The position numbers were made by a program, and so were the translations under genes. DNA of 51,223 nucleotides from a virus (taxonomy: Duplodnaviria > Caudoviricetes), in the IMG/VR virus record IMGVR_UViG_3300044768_000011, positions 1 to 51,223 of that record. One strand, given 5' to 3'. The notes beneath the pieces are model-generated. The model was given only the letters and a program-made list of their open reading frames with translations. It ran no database searches and was not told where the DNA came from. Of the stretch, positions 40,049 to 48,794 are shown piece after piece; within the stretch, counting starts at the first letter, position 1; each line of letters starts with the position of its first letter.

Positions 40049-41815
40049 CTACTTGGACTTTTTGATCCCGACGTACGGGACGGTGCCCTGAACGGCAGCA
40101 CCGGTCGGGAACGACCCGGGCAGCACCCCCGTAGCCGCACCGGTCACCCGCCACCCCATATACCCGCCGGCGACCGGTAGCCCGGTCGTGGTGACGTTCG
40201 GCATCAGGTGGTTCGACCCGGTCAGGCCCCGGTACACCTGCCCGGTCCCGGTGGTGTCGACTTTCATCGCCAGCCAGTACAGGCCCGGGTCGGGGACGAA
40301 CGGTGTGGTGAACGTGGCCGAGACCTTCACCCCGGTAGCCACGGTGATCGTGAACGCCGCACCACTGCTGATATCCATCCCGGCCAGCAGTTCACCGGGG
40401 TACCCGTCCCAGTTGACGTCTTCGTAGATGCCCCACCGGATCGTCCCGGACACCGTCCCGGCGGTGGAGGTTTCCATGGCCAGCTGGTTGTACTGGTCCC
40501 GTGATTCGGTGATCTCGATAGGGATGGCGTAGAAGTGGCCGGCCACGGGCGTGTACGTCGCCGATGCGGCCTGGTATTCCGCGGTGTACCAGTTGTTGAG
40601 TACCCGCGGTTTCCTGCGGGCGGCAACCCTCGGGGAGGGCGGGTTGAACCCGATGCTGTAGGACGAGGCGGACACCGGTGCCGACAGCCGGGTGATGGCC
40701 CCGAGCATCGCATCGACGATCTCACCGGCACCGAGTTCGTTCGGGTGGATCCCGTCGGAGAACGACAGCGCGTCCTTACCGACGATGCTGTCGACGTCGG
40801 CGACCTGCACCATGGCGTCGAACTCCTGGGTCATTGCCAGGAGTGCCGCGTTGTACGACTGGACGTCACCATCGCGGGACGATTCGGTGCCCTGCCCGGT
40901 CCAGGTTGTGAAGAACGCATTCAGCGCTGTGTACCCGGCCGCGGTCGGCCGGGCGACGTTACAGACGATCACCGGGGCCGGTGTTTTCGACTCCAGCCAC
41001 CCGCCGTCGAAGAACCCGCTCCCGGTGCCTCCATCGCGGGCCGTGCAGGTCCCGATGATGGTCTGACCGGCGTTCGCCGACGTCAGCCCGGTAAACCGTT
41101 TCACCATGTACCCGAACGTCGCCATGGCGGCGGGTAGGCCTTGACCGGTGTTGAACGTTGTCCCGTTCGCAGGGTTGCCCGACAGGGCGGTACCCGACCA
41201 GGTGATCGTGACACCCGTGGTGTCCATGTTGTTGAGGAACGCGAGCGCGACGATCTCACCCTGGTAGTCCGCGGGGAGGGTCATCGTGATCGTGGCCGCG
41301 GTCGTTGTCGAGCACAACCGGTCGACTGTCCCCATCCCCAGATCCAGGCCGGACGCGTTGGACGTCCACCCCGCCCCGTACGCGAACCGTGCGTCCGTTG
41401 TTTCGTACCGGCGTGACGCCCTCAGGTACGAGATGACCGCCCGGTGCGTGTGGACCATCGTGGCCCGCACGTTCGTCAGGTGCCCCCCGTAGGCGGCCAT
41501 GTCGTTGATCCCGAAACAGATCAGGGTGCCGCCGCCGTCCGGGGCGTACGGGTACAGGCGACCGGCCGGAGGCTGGACCCGTTGCACGATTTTCGTCCAC
41601 CCGCCGAGCGAGCGGCCGCCTCCACAGATCCGGCCACCGCTGTTCGCGTAGTTCCGCCACGAGTTGTACTCAACATCCATCGCCGAGCGGAACAATGCGT
41701 CCACCCGGCCGGTCTGATCCCCGGAGGGGCCCGTCTGGTACTGCAGCCACGAATGCCCGAACGCTCTCCAGAAATCCACCTTCGGCTGGAGTTTCTGCGG
41801 CGTGACCCCCGTCAT
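40049..41815 (-). CDS. SGNH/GDSL hydrolase-domain virion protein
   Basis: FGHSW (block I), FGINDM (block III), DGIHPN (block V). Confidence 0.8.
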   Translation of the reverse strand: MTGVTPQKLQPKVDFWRAFGHSWLQYQTGPSGDQTGRVDALFRSAMDVEYNSWRNYANSGGRICGGGRSLGGWTKIVQRVQPPAGRLYPYAPDGGGTLICFGINDMAAYGGHLTNVRATMVHTHRAVISYLRASRRYETTDARFAYGAGWTSNASGLDLGMGTVDRLCSTTTAATITMTLPADYQGEIVALAFLNNMDTTGVTITWSGTALSGNPANGTTFNTGQGLPAAMATFGYMVKRFTGLTSANAGQTIIGTCTARDGGTGSGFFDGGWLESKTPAPVIVCNVARPTAAGYTALNAFFTTWTGQGTESSRDGDVQSYNAALLAMTQEFDAMVQVADVDSIVGKDALSFSDGIHPNELGAGEIVDAMLGAITRLSAPVSASSYSIGFNPPSPRVAARRKPRVLNNWYTAEYQAASATYTPVAGHFYAIPIEITESRDQYNQLAMETSTAGTVSGTIRWGIYEDVNWDGYPGELLAGMDISSGAAFTITVATGVKVSATFTTPFVPDPGLYWLAMKVDTTGTGQVYRGLTGSNHLMPNVTTTGLPVAGGYMGWRVTGAATGVLPGSFPTGAAVQGTVPYVGIKKSK

Positions 41816-42198
41816 CAGGCGCTCGTAAACAGGGTGGTCTGGAGGGTGCCCCCAGCGAACTGGCCGAGTACCGACACCGCTAGGGTCACCGCGTACTCGG
41901 GGACGTCGTACCGGTCACCCGCCTCCAGGAACCAATGGAACACGGTCCCGGTCGGCGCGGACGCATCGAACCGCAGATACACCCGGCCCGACCCCCCGTT
42001 GACCATCATCACGCCCAGCCGGGACGCGTCGGCCGCGATCTGCGAGGTTGATGCGGTCGTCGAAATAGTCCACGACTGCTCCGTCTTCGCGGTGCCCTTC
42101 GCCAGCCGGAAGACCTGCTGATGGTCGCCACCGCTGATCGCGAACGTGTCGATGTTCGTCCCGGCCCCAGCGGTGATCGCAACAGCGGAGTCGGCCAT
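41815..42198 (-). CDS. small putative virion protein
   Basis: beta-rich; TGATG coupling. Confidence 0.7.
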   Translation of the reverse strand: MADSAVAITAGAGTNIDTFAISGGDHQQVFRLAKGTAKTEQSWTISTTASTSQIAADASRLGVMMVNGGSGRVYLRFDASAPTGTVFHWFLEAGDRYDVPEYAVTLAVSVLGQFAGGTLQTTLFTSA

Positions 42199-42201
42199 GA
42201 C

Positions 42202-42690
42202 TCAGGTCATCGTCCAACGGTTGATCCCGTTCGCGTGCCACAGCACGGAGAACGTTCCGGCGGTGACGCCCTGCGCGCCACCGAAGTAGTGGTAGCTGAC
42301 ACCCTGGTCAACAACGGTGCCACCGCTGATGTTCCCGTCGTAGACGAGGGTGCCGAACGCGTTGGCGATGGTGACCGTGGCGGCCCCGGTGAGGTCGGCG
42401 GCGTCGAACATCATGATGTCCGCTGACGGTGACGTGAACGTCTTCGAGGCGAGCGCGCGGCCGCCGGCTACCCACTCGGAGGCTCCGGTGACCTCGTTCG
42501 CGACAACCCACGCTGACGTCGCAGCGTTGTACCCGGTCAGGGCGACAGCGGCGTCGTTGTCGGGGGTGGTGGTGTTGTTGTAGAGAGCCGCCAGGACCGT
42601 GTCCGAATCCAGGCCGGTGTAGCTGGTCCCGGATACCTGGTACATCTGGATCATCCACTGCACGAAACAATCTGAATCAGTCCACGCCAT
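42202..42690 (-). CDS. putative virion protein
   Basis: start MAWTDS; NEV.G..W.AGG..L, FDAAD, YFGG...T.GTF motifs. Confidence 0.75.
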   Translation of the reverse strand: MAWTDSDCFVQWMIQMYQVSGTSYTGLDSDTVLAALYNNTTTPDNDAAVALTGYNAATSAWVVANEVTGASEWVAGGRALASKTFTSPSADIMMFDAADLTGAATVTIANAFGTLVYDGNISGGTVVDQGVSYHYFGGAQGVTAGTFSVLWHANGINRWTMT

Positions 42691-43087
42691 GACTGCTTGC
42701 CTTCCCGGAACCGTCGGCGACACCTGCACGTGCCTCGCACTGCGGACGCTCGTCGGTTGCCTGGGTGTGAGGGGCCACCACCGGCCACGCGTAATGCCCC
42801 GGACCATCGCCCACGCTGCGACTGGTCACCCAGAGAGCATCGTTCCCGTCGAGGATCACCGCACCGTTGACGGAACTCTCCGGCGTCTCACCCCAGACAC
42901 GAACGATCAGCATCGGGCAGACCTGACCAGCCTCAGCCCGGTTGCCTACGTGGGCCTGAAACCCCGTGGCGGGTTGTGTGACGTAGCCGTTGGCCGTCCA
43001 GTCGTCACGACGCCGGTTGACCGCTTCTGCATCCGACTCACTCAACGTGTAGCGAACGATCCGGCCGATACTCGGAACCTGACTCAT
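42677..43087 (-). CDS. hypothetical phage protein
   Basis: PSIGRIV.Y...P.LIVRVW...VNG.V.LDGND..W.TS...WP. Confidence 0.75.
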   Translation of the reverse strand: MSQVPSIGRIVRYTLSESDAEAVNRRRDDWTANGYVTQPATGFQAHVGNRAEAGQVCPMLIVRVWGETPESSVNGAVILDGNDALWVTSRSVGDGPGHYAWPVVAPHTQATDERPQCEARAGVADGSGKASSHGVD

Positions 43088-43392
43088 CGTCCCACCTTCA
43101 CTTCGACGCACGGCGCCAGCACGGCACAGTCCGTGCCCTCATCGCGGGTCGTGACCACGGACATGACCGGTCGGCCTTCACCGTCAGTCTGAACCATGTC
43201 CCGACCGATGTAGTCCTCCCGCTCCCGGGCCTCCACCTTGCAGGAGGTACCGGACAAAACCATGGGGGCGTTCAGGCCCTTCAGGCCCTGGCACGCATGG
43301 AACCACGCACCCTTCGGGGTCCGCGTGGTGACCTCAGTGTGATCACAGTTCGGGCACCCCCACTCCTGCACTGGAGACAACATCACCGGCAT
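43084..43392 (-). CDS. hypothetical phage protein (CxxC, HxC)
   Basis: start MPVMLS; W.CPNC...FH.C.GL.GL.APM...EREDYIG. Confidence 0.75.
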   Translation of the reverse strand: MPVMLSPVQEWGCPNCDHTEVTTRTPKGAWFHACQGLKGLNAPMVLSGTSCKVEAREREDYIGRDMVQTDGEGRPVMSVVTTRDEGTDCAVLAPCVEVKVGR

Positions 43393-43414
43393 CCGGATCA
43401 CCTTCCGATCGTCG

Positions 43415-43486
43415 AGGCGGGGACAGGATTTGAACCTGCGTCTCCGGGTTATGAGCCCGGCATGGGGACCGCTCCACCACCCCGCT
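43415..43486 (-). tRNA. tRNA-Met(CAT), initiator-like
   Basis: full cloverleaf; CCGGG-CT CAT AA-CCCGG anticodon arm, GGTTCAAATCC T loop, A1:C72 mismatch, no encoded CCA. Confidence 0.85.
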
Positions 43487-43547
43487 AGGCCCGGAACGCG
43501 TGACCCGACCAGGGAGTCCGCAAGCACGCGTTCCGGGGGTAGAAGGG

Positions 43548-43835
43548 TTACAGAATCTCGTCGTCCTTCGACGACTTGTTCGCCGGGGCGTGCCCCATCT
43601 TGTTCGCCGGCCGTGCCCCCGACTTCGGGGGCTTGTCCGGTTCCGGGGCGGGGTCGGGCGTCGAGGCCGGATCCGGTTCCGGATCCGGATCGGCCAAACC
43701 CCACTTGCGTGCCTGCGCATCGGTCAAGTCATCGCCGGGCGCGAACGCGAGGAACGCCGCTTCAGGACTGCCCGCATCGACCAGCTCCGACTTGTCGGCG
43801 TTGAAAAACTTCCGGTCCTTCACCTTGTAGGTCAT
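43548..43835 (-). CDS. hypothetical protein (PANK-repeat tail)
   Basis: LV..GSPEAAFL pattern; TGATG coupling. Confidence 0.7.
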   Translation of the reverse strand: MTYKVKDRKFFNADKSELVDAGSPEAAFLAFAPGDDLTDAQARKWGLADPDPEPDPASTPDPAPEPDKPPKSGARPANKMGHAPANKSSKDDEIL

Positions 43836-44041
43836 CAGAGGGTGTCGATCCTCACCCAGACCGCGGCCTGACGTTCGTACAGGAACCCGGTGAGAACATT
43901 CTCAGCGAGCTGGCCGTTGGCGGCGGTAACGCCGATAGTGCCGTCGGTCGGCACCCCATTCGTCTTGTAAACGACGTTCTTCAAACCAGGGTTCGCGGCG
44001 GCCCCCGAAGGGATCACCAGACCGCCTGAGATGACTGCCAT
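43835..44041 (-). CDS. small head-decoration-like protein
   Basis: start MAVISGG with GAGGAG RBS; G.PTDG...G.LY...W. Confidence 0.65.
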   Translation of the reverse strand: MAVISGGLVIPSGAAANPGLKNVVYKTNGVPTDGTIGVTAANGQLAENVLTGFLYERQAAVWVRIDTL

Positions 44042-44052
44042 GATTTTCTCCT

Positions 44053-44373
44053 CTACCGGCCGACGACGGCCGTCAGATAGACCTTCGATTTGGTGGCATC
44101 GCCCACAGTCTGCGCCGTGCTCCACCGTAGGTAGGGACTGAGGACACTGAACTCTGTTCCGGACACGGGTGCCCCGTAAACGAAGTCCGCGTCCACGGTC
44201 ACCCCATCCCATGACCCTTGGATTGAGTGGGTCGATGTGCCGCCCGTGAACGCGAACCAGGGCATCACGCGAGCGATACCCCGGACGTCGAGCCAACCGC
44301 TCAGCAGTGGCGACGCTGCGACCGTGATCACAGGGCCGTTGTAGACGTACAGGCCGACACCAGAAATAGGCAC
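44053..44373 (-). CDS. small putative virion protein
   Basis: beta-rich; operon packing. Confidence 0.65.
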   Translation of the reverse strand: MPISGVGLYVYNGPVITVAASPLLSGWLDVRGIARVMPWFAFTGGTSTHSIQGSWDGVTVDADFVYGAPVSGTEFSVLSPYLRWSTAQTVGDATKSKVYLTAVVGR

Positions 44374-44374
44374 G

Positions 44375-44680
44375 TCAGTCTGCCTCGCAGATCTCTAGCG
44401 CGGTATCGACGGCGCCGCAGATGGCCCAGACTGTGAGGACAGTCGACTGTGATCCGCCGCTGACGTTCGCGGCAACCGCACGCCAACCGGTTTCGTCATC
44501 GACCGGGTACGAACCGGCGATCACGAATTGCCATGCGTTGCCGGGCGGCCTGGTCAGGCTGGCGCCGCCACCGATGACCTTCTTGCCCTCGGGGGCGGCG
44601 ACCGTCAGCACAGCGTCGAACTGCTGATTGGTCACCGTGAGAGTATCGGTGACGACTTCGTAACCTGTGATGACCGGCAT
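44375..44680 (-). CDS. small putative virion protein
   Basis: PEGKKVIGGG...SYP...W...VWAIC collagen/fibre C-terminal-like motif. Confidence 0.65.
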   Translation of the reverse strand: MPVITGYEVVTDTLTVTNQQFDAVLTVAAPEGKKVIGGGASLTRPPGNAWQFVIAGSYPVDDETGWRAVAANVSGGSQSTVLTVWAICGAVDTALEICEAD

Positions 44681-44716
44681 GGCTAAGTCCTAACTGAAAT
44701 CCTCATCGGTGACAGC

Positions 44717-44751
44717 CTGCGCAGGTGACGACGTAATCGCCACCTGCGCAG
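44717..44751 (-). terminator. hairpin after the major capsid gene
   Basis: ctgcgcaggtg/cacctgcgcag stem. Confidence 0.6.
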
Positions 44752-44763
44752 AGAAAAATGCGC

Positions 44764-46002
44764 TCACAGGCCGGTTACCAGGCAGAACGCGGTTGGGCGG
44801 TACACCACGAACGCGACCCGCATATCCGCACGGACGGCCTGCTGGCCACGGATGAAGTAATCGCTGTGCGAGTTGGAGATCTGGACGTCCATGCCCTTCC
44901 GGACGGCGAGCTCGCTGAAGTTCGCGAAGTCGCCGGTGATCGCGGTGCCGAGAGTCGCGGCCTGGGCGCGGACGACCTGCAACCCCCAGATCCGCTCCGG
45001 GCCGACATCGGAGGGGTTGCCCCAGATGTACAGACCGTCGGCGGTGCGCAGCAGGCGCACACCCTGCCAGTCGGTGGGGTTCATGATGACGACGTTCGCG
45101 ACGGCCTGGCCAATGGTTTCGACCTTGACCACGGCCTTGTAGATCGCATCCGGCACCGGGTCGGCGGCCTTGGCCTGTGTCTGCACACCCACGACGTTCA
45201 TCACTCCCCGAAGGTTCGGGGGGGTGCCGTTGCCGGAGATGATCTGAAGATCCAGGCGCTGCCGGATCATGAACGGGAGCCGGTTGTCGATTACCCCACG
45301 CATCCGCGGGACGTCCTCCAGCTGCTCATCCGTGACGGGAAGATAGACCGGGATCTTCCGGACTGCGCTGGTCTGCTCCGTGTACGCCAGCGCCGCTTCG
45401 AGGTACAGCGCACCTTCCGCCGTTTCCACAGCGGGGTTGGTGAAGGTCGTCTCTTCCATGTACTGCACAGCGGACTGCGTAGTGGTCGTCTGTGGGATGA
45501 CGTCGGCGACCTGGATCGGGCGGGTCGCGAACTCCACGAGGCGGTCGTTCCGCAGAACCTCCGGGGCGAAACCAGCGGCGGTTGTCATAACGGTCTTCAG
45601 GTCGATGTCAATGTTGACCTCAGGGCCAACATTTCCGGTGCGACCGGTGAACGCCTTCGACTCCACGAACAACTGCCCGAACGACTTCCGGTTGCGCGAC
45701 GGCAGTCCACCGTCGGCGTAGCCCTCGCCTTCGGCTGATCCGTCGTCGAGGTTCCGGTCCTCAGACGACTTCGCCCGGTCCGCGGCCTTCTGGACTGCCA
45801 GGAGGTTCGCGTACTCCTTCGATGCCTCGGTGATCTCCTCGTTCTTCTCCCGGATCCACGCAGCCTTGTCGTGGGTGGTGCCCTTCACGGACTTGACCTT
45901 CGCCAGGTCCATGGTCTCACCGGCCTCAGCGAACACGTCGCCGAGTTCCTTACGCTTGGCCGCGAGCTTCGCGGTGGCCTCTTCGAGCGCGGGAAACGTC
46001 AT
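44764..46002 (-). CDS. major capsid protein (HK97 fold)
   Basis: start MTFPAL; GNGT..NLRG, MNP.DW, RIWGL.VV, GDF, RP.AF motifs. Confidence 0.95.
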   Translation of the reverse strand: MTFPALEEATAKLAAKRKELGDVFAEAGETMDLAKVKSVKGTTHDKAAWIREKNEEITEASKEYANLLAVQKAADRAKSSEDRNLDDGSAEGEGYADGGLPSRNRKSFGQLFVESKAFTGRTGNVGPEVNIDIDLKTVMTTAAGFAPEVLRNDRLVEFATRPIQVADVIPQTTTTQSAVQYMEETTFTNPAVETAEGALYLEAALAYTEQTSAVRKIPVYLPVTDEQLEDVPRMRGVIDNRLPFMIRQRLDLQIISGNGTPPNLRGVMNVVGVQTQAKAADPVPDAIYKAVVKVETIGQAVANVVIMNPTDWQGVRLLRTADGLYIWGNPSDVGPERIWGLQVVRAQAATLGTAITGDFANFSELAVRKGMDVQISNSHSDYFIRGQQAVRADMRVAFVVYRPTAFCLVTGL

Positions 46003-47111
46003 GGCGTTGCCTCTCCTGATACATCGGTGTGGAGCAGGTGGATGAACCGCGCGTATTCGCGGTCCGCGTCCTCCTGCGGTGAATCCAGCAGAGACCGCAA
46101 CGCCTTCATGTCGTCGTACACCCATTCCAGGACGTCGACGGTGGCGGGGCTGATGGCCTTGCCTCGGGAACGCCGGAGAGCCATGACTTCCGACGTGCGA
46201 CCGATCAGGTTCTCAACCGCTGCGAGGACGTGCGCGGCCTCTTCGTGGAACTTCAGTTCCCCACCCGGGGTGGCCTTCAGATCAGGGACGTCACGATCCC
46301 CATCATCAAGGTGACTGGCCAGGTGAGCGTGAACGGCGGTCCGTTCCGCAGGCGTCATGCCCGCGCCCTTCGCGCCGTTCAGTTCGGCGATGCCGGCGAG
46401 GCAAGCCCGCAGGTTCGCTTCACCGCCTAGACCGGTGTGGTGGAGGAACCCGTACGACTTGAGGTCGCTCGGGTTCCCTTCCGCGTTCACGAACGCGTGC
46501 ACCGATCGTAGATCATCGATGGACATACCAGCGGGAAGCAACCCCTGTGCGGCTTTCAGATCCCACCGACGGGCGATGGTCTTGCTGTCGTGCGGGCGGA
46601 TCGCCGCGAGATAGGTTGCCGGGACAGTCACGACTGTCTCCTTTCGCTGTTTCATGTCGAGAGTACGGGTATTGATGCCCGCGCCGATCAAGACGGGACT
46701 GACCTCATGGACCTTGAGGGATTTGAGGAACTGGACCTCTTCGCCCTCGAACGTGCCCCGGTCGGCTTCGAGGACGTCGTACCCGTACGAGTACTCGGTT
46801 TGGCCGAGGGCTTTCAGGGTCCGCCACGTATCCAGGCCCGCCGTGGTGTCGAGGAAGAATTTTCCCTCAAGGATCGCCTCGGTATCGGTGGTGCGGATCT
46901 TTCCCTTCCCCACCGGGAGGGCACCGCCCCACACACCATGCTGGTAGGCCGAGATAACGACGTCGGCGCCGTTGGTGAACGCACCGGGGATCGTGACGTC
47001 CCTGTCGTGGTCGATGACATTGAACGTCGCGAACACCGCAGAAATCTCGCCCTTGTCCCCGGCCTTCACGTGCACCGGGCCGGCAGTGGTCTTCCGCTCC
47101 ATGTCAGGCAC
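45999..47111 (-). CDS. prohead protease (HK97 family) with C-terminal extension
   Basis: FNVID...DV..PGAF, YSYGY, HEVSPVL.GA. Confidence 0.9.
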   Translation of the reverse strand: MPDMERKTTAGPVHVKAGDKGEISAVFATFNVIDHDRDVTIPGAFTNGADVVISAYQHGVWGGALPVGKGKIRTTDTEAILEGKFFLDTTAGLDTWRTLKALGQTEYSYGYDVLEADRGTFEGEEVQFLKSLKVHEVSPVLIGAGINTRTLDMKQRKETVVTVPATYLAAIRPHDSKTIARRWDLKAAQGLLPAGMSIDDLRSVHAFVNAEGNPSDLKSYGFLHHTGLGGEANLRACLAGIAELNGAKGAGMTPAERTAVHAHLASHLDDGDRDVPDLKATPGGELKFHEEAAHVLAAVENLIGRTSEVMALRRSRGKAISPATVDVLEWVYDDMKALRSLLDSPQEDADREYARFIHLLHTDVSGEATP

Positions 47112-48519
47112 CTTCCTCTATCGCAGCGGGTAGTGCGGGAGGCCCGGCATGCGCGGCGCCGGGCGGCTGCAGCTGAACCGACAGCATCCCGGAGTGCACG
47201 AGTCGGGACACGTCAGATGTCGCCATGAACGCCTTGATTGATTCGGCTTCCCACCCGCCGTTGCCGAGCGCGACGATCGTCGCCGCGTCCTGGGATCGGA
47301 TCGCGGCCTGCTGGTCGGAGTCTTCCCGCAGGAACGGGATGTCCCGGCCGTCGGTGGCGAGCTCGCTGCCGTCCGCCGGGGGGGTGAGGAGAACCTCCAG
47401 CGAGGGCGCGACCTTTTTCCACAGGTCCTGAATGGTCCCGTCGACGAACAGTCTCTTCGCGGCCCGGAAGTTCCCCTCGTTCAGGCTGCTGCCGGCCAGG
47501 CCCTCACTGATCCCGAGGATCACCGCGGGCACCCCGGACGCGACGGCCATCCGTGTCTCGCCGCTGCCCGTCGTCGCCTTGTAGTCGAGGGCCCGCAGGT
47601 CAACGGTCAGGGGGGTGACATCGGCGCCGCCGCCCATGAACAGGGTGCCGTACGCGTTCTCCGCGCCGCCGTGCATGTCGTCGAACTTCTTCTTGTACAG
47701 GTCGAGGTCTTTCGGGGGGACCTCCTTATCGAACCGGACCATCAGCGACGGCGACGCGCCCTTCTGGAAGAACCGCATCTTGTGCGTCGCTGCGGCCTCG
47801 TCGGCGAGGACATCAGTGATGATCGGAGTCAGCCACGACATCCCCAGGAAACGCGCGGTCGGGTCCGGTTTCGGGGAGTAATGGCAGACTTCCTCCGGCA
47901 TCAGGATCAACGGTTCCCTGACGACACGAGTTGACCCCCAACCACTGTCCGGGCGCGGCAGAAACGAATACGCGAGGATCCTCGCGTCCAGGGCGTACGG
48001 GTCATCGGAGGGGCCACCGATGATCAGGGTCACCCAGTCCGGACGCATCCGGGCCATCCGCCGGGTCGGCCCACGAGCGGCTTTCCCGTAATGACCATCG
48101 TTGTCAACGGTCGTCCAATACGAGTTACCCGCACACGACCCATCGACCTCCAGGCGGGCCAGGAGTTCCCCGGTTGTCCCGTTCGGCCACGGCCGCTCCA
48201 GCAACCCCAGCTCGCTCGTCCCGAACATGTCCTGTGGGCGCCCGAGCCTCCACCGCTGCCACTGGAACCGGGCCTGACTGAAGACCTGCTGGCGGCGGTC
48301 GATCGCGGAGAACACCACCCCGTTTTTCTTGTACAACTGTTCGCAATAGGCGACGAACGAGTAGTCCAGGGTTTCCTTGTCAGGAGTGGTGTAAACGGTT
48401 GGCCAGGTGGACGCCAACTGGTCCTCAGCCCAGAACGGTGCCTGCGACCACGACTTAGACGCGCCCGGGCGGCGACCGGAAGGAGACTGCCGCTGACGGA
48501 TCCGGTCGAGGACACTCAC
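47104..48519 (-). CDS. portal protein
   Basis: LL.RP.PN, GNSY, V.H..P...GMS.L, GVP..ILG HK97-like motifs. Confidence 0.92.
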   Translation of the reverse strand: MSVLDRIRQRQSPSGRRPGASKSWSQAPFWAEDQLASTWPTVYTTPDKETLDYSFVAYCEQLYKKNGVVFSAIDRRQQVFSQARFQWQRWRLGRPQDMFGTSELGLLERPWPNGTTGELLARLEVDGSCAGNSYWTTVDNDGHYGKAARGPTRRMARMRPDWVTLIIGGPSDDPYALDARILAYSFLPRPDSGWGSTRVVREPLILMPEEVCHYSPKPDPTARFLGMSWLTPIITDVLADEAAATHKMRFFQKGASPSLMVRFDKEVPPKDLDLYKKKFDDMHGGAENAYGTLFMGGGADVTPLTVDLRALDYKATTGSGETRMAVASGVPAVILGISEGLAGSSLNEGNFRAAKRLFVDGTIQDLWKKVAPSLEVLLTPPADGSELATDGRDIPFLREDSDQQAAIRSQDAATIVALGNGGWEAESIKAFMATSDVSRLVHSGMLSVQLQPPGAAHAGPPALPAAIEEGA

Positions 48520-48794
48520 GGGTTGATCCTCTCGCTATTCCGCCAGGACATGCCTGCATCGTCCCAGCCCACAGCGATCGCGGCGAACATCCACCGGCAA
48601 CAGAAACCGATCGGGATCAGAACCGAACCCACCAACCAGCCCACCGAATACAGGGCGAGCGCGAAGGCATCGACCGGAACCAACCAGAGTTGACGTTTCC
48701 TGGCAGCACCACGCGGCCGGTCGTCGTCGGTCGTCGGGGGCCGGGGGACAGAATCAAGCGCGGCCACTAGGCACCCACCTCTAAGAGTTACCAA
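48516..48794 (-). CDS. small membrane protein between terminase and portal
   Basis: hydrophobic segment; GTGA overlap. Confidence 0.55.
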   Translation of the reverse strand: MVTLRGGCLVAALDSVPRPPTTDDDRPRGAARKRQLWLVPVDAFALALYSVGWLVGSVLIPIGFCCRWMFAAIAVGWDDAGMSWRNSERINP

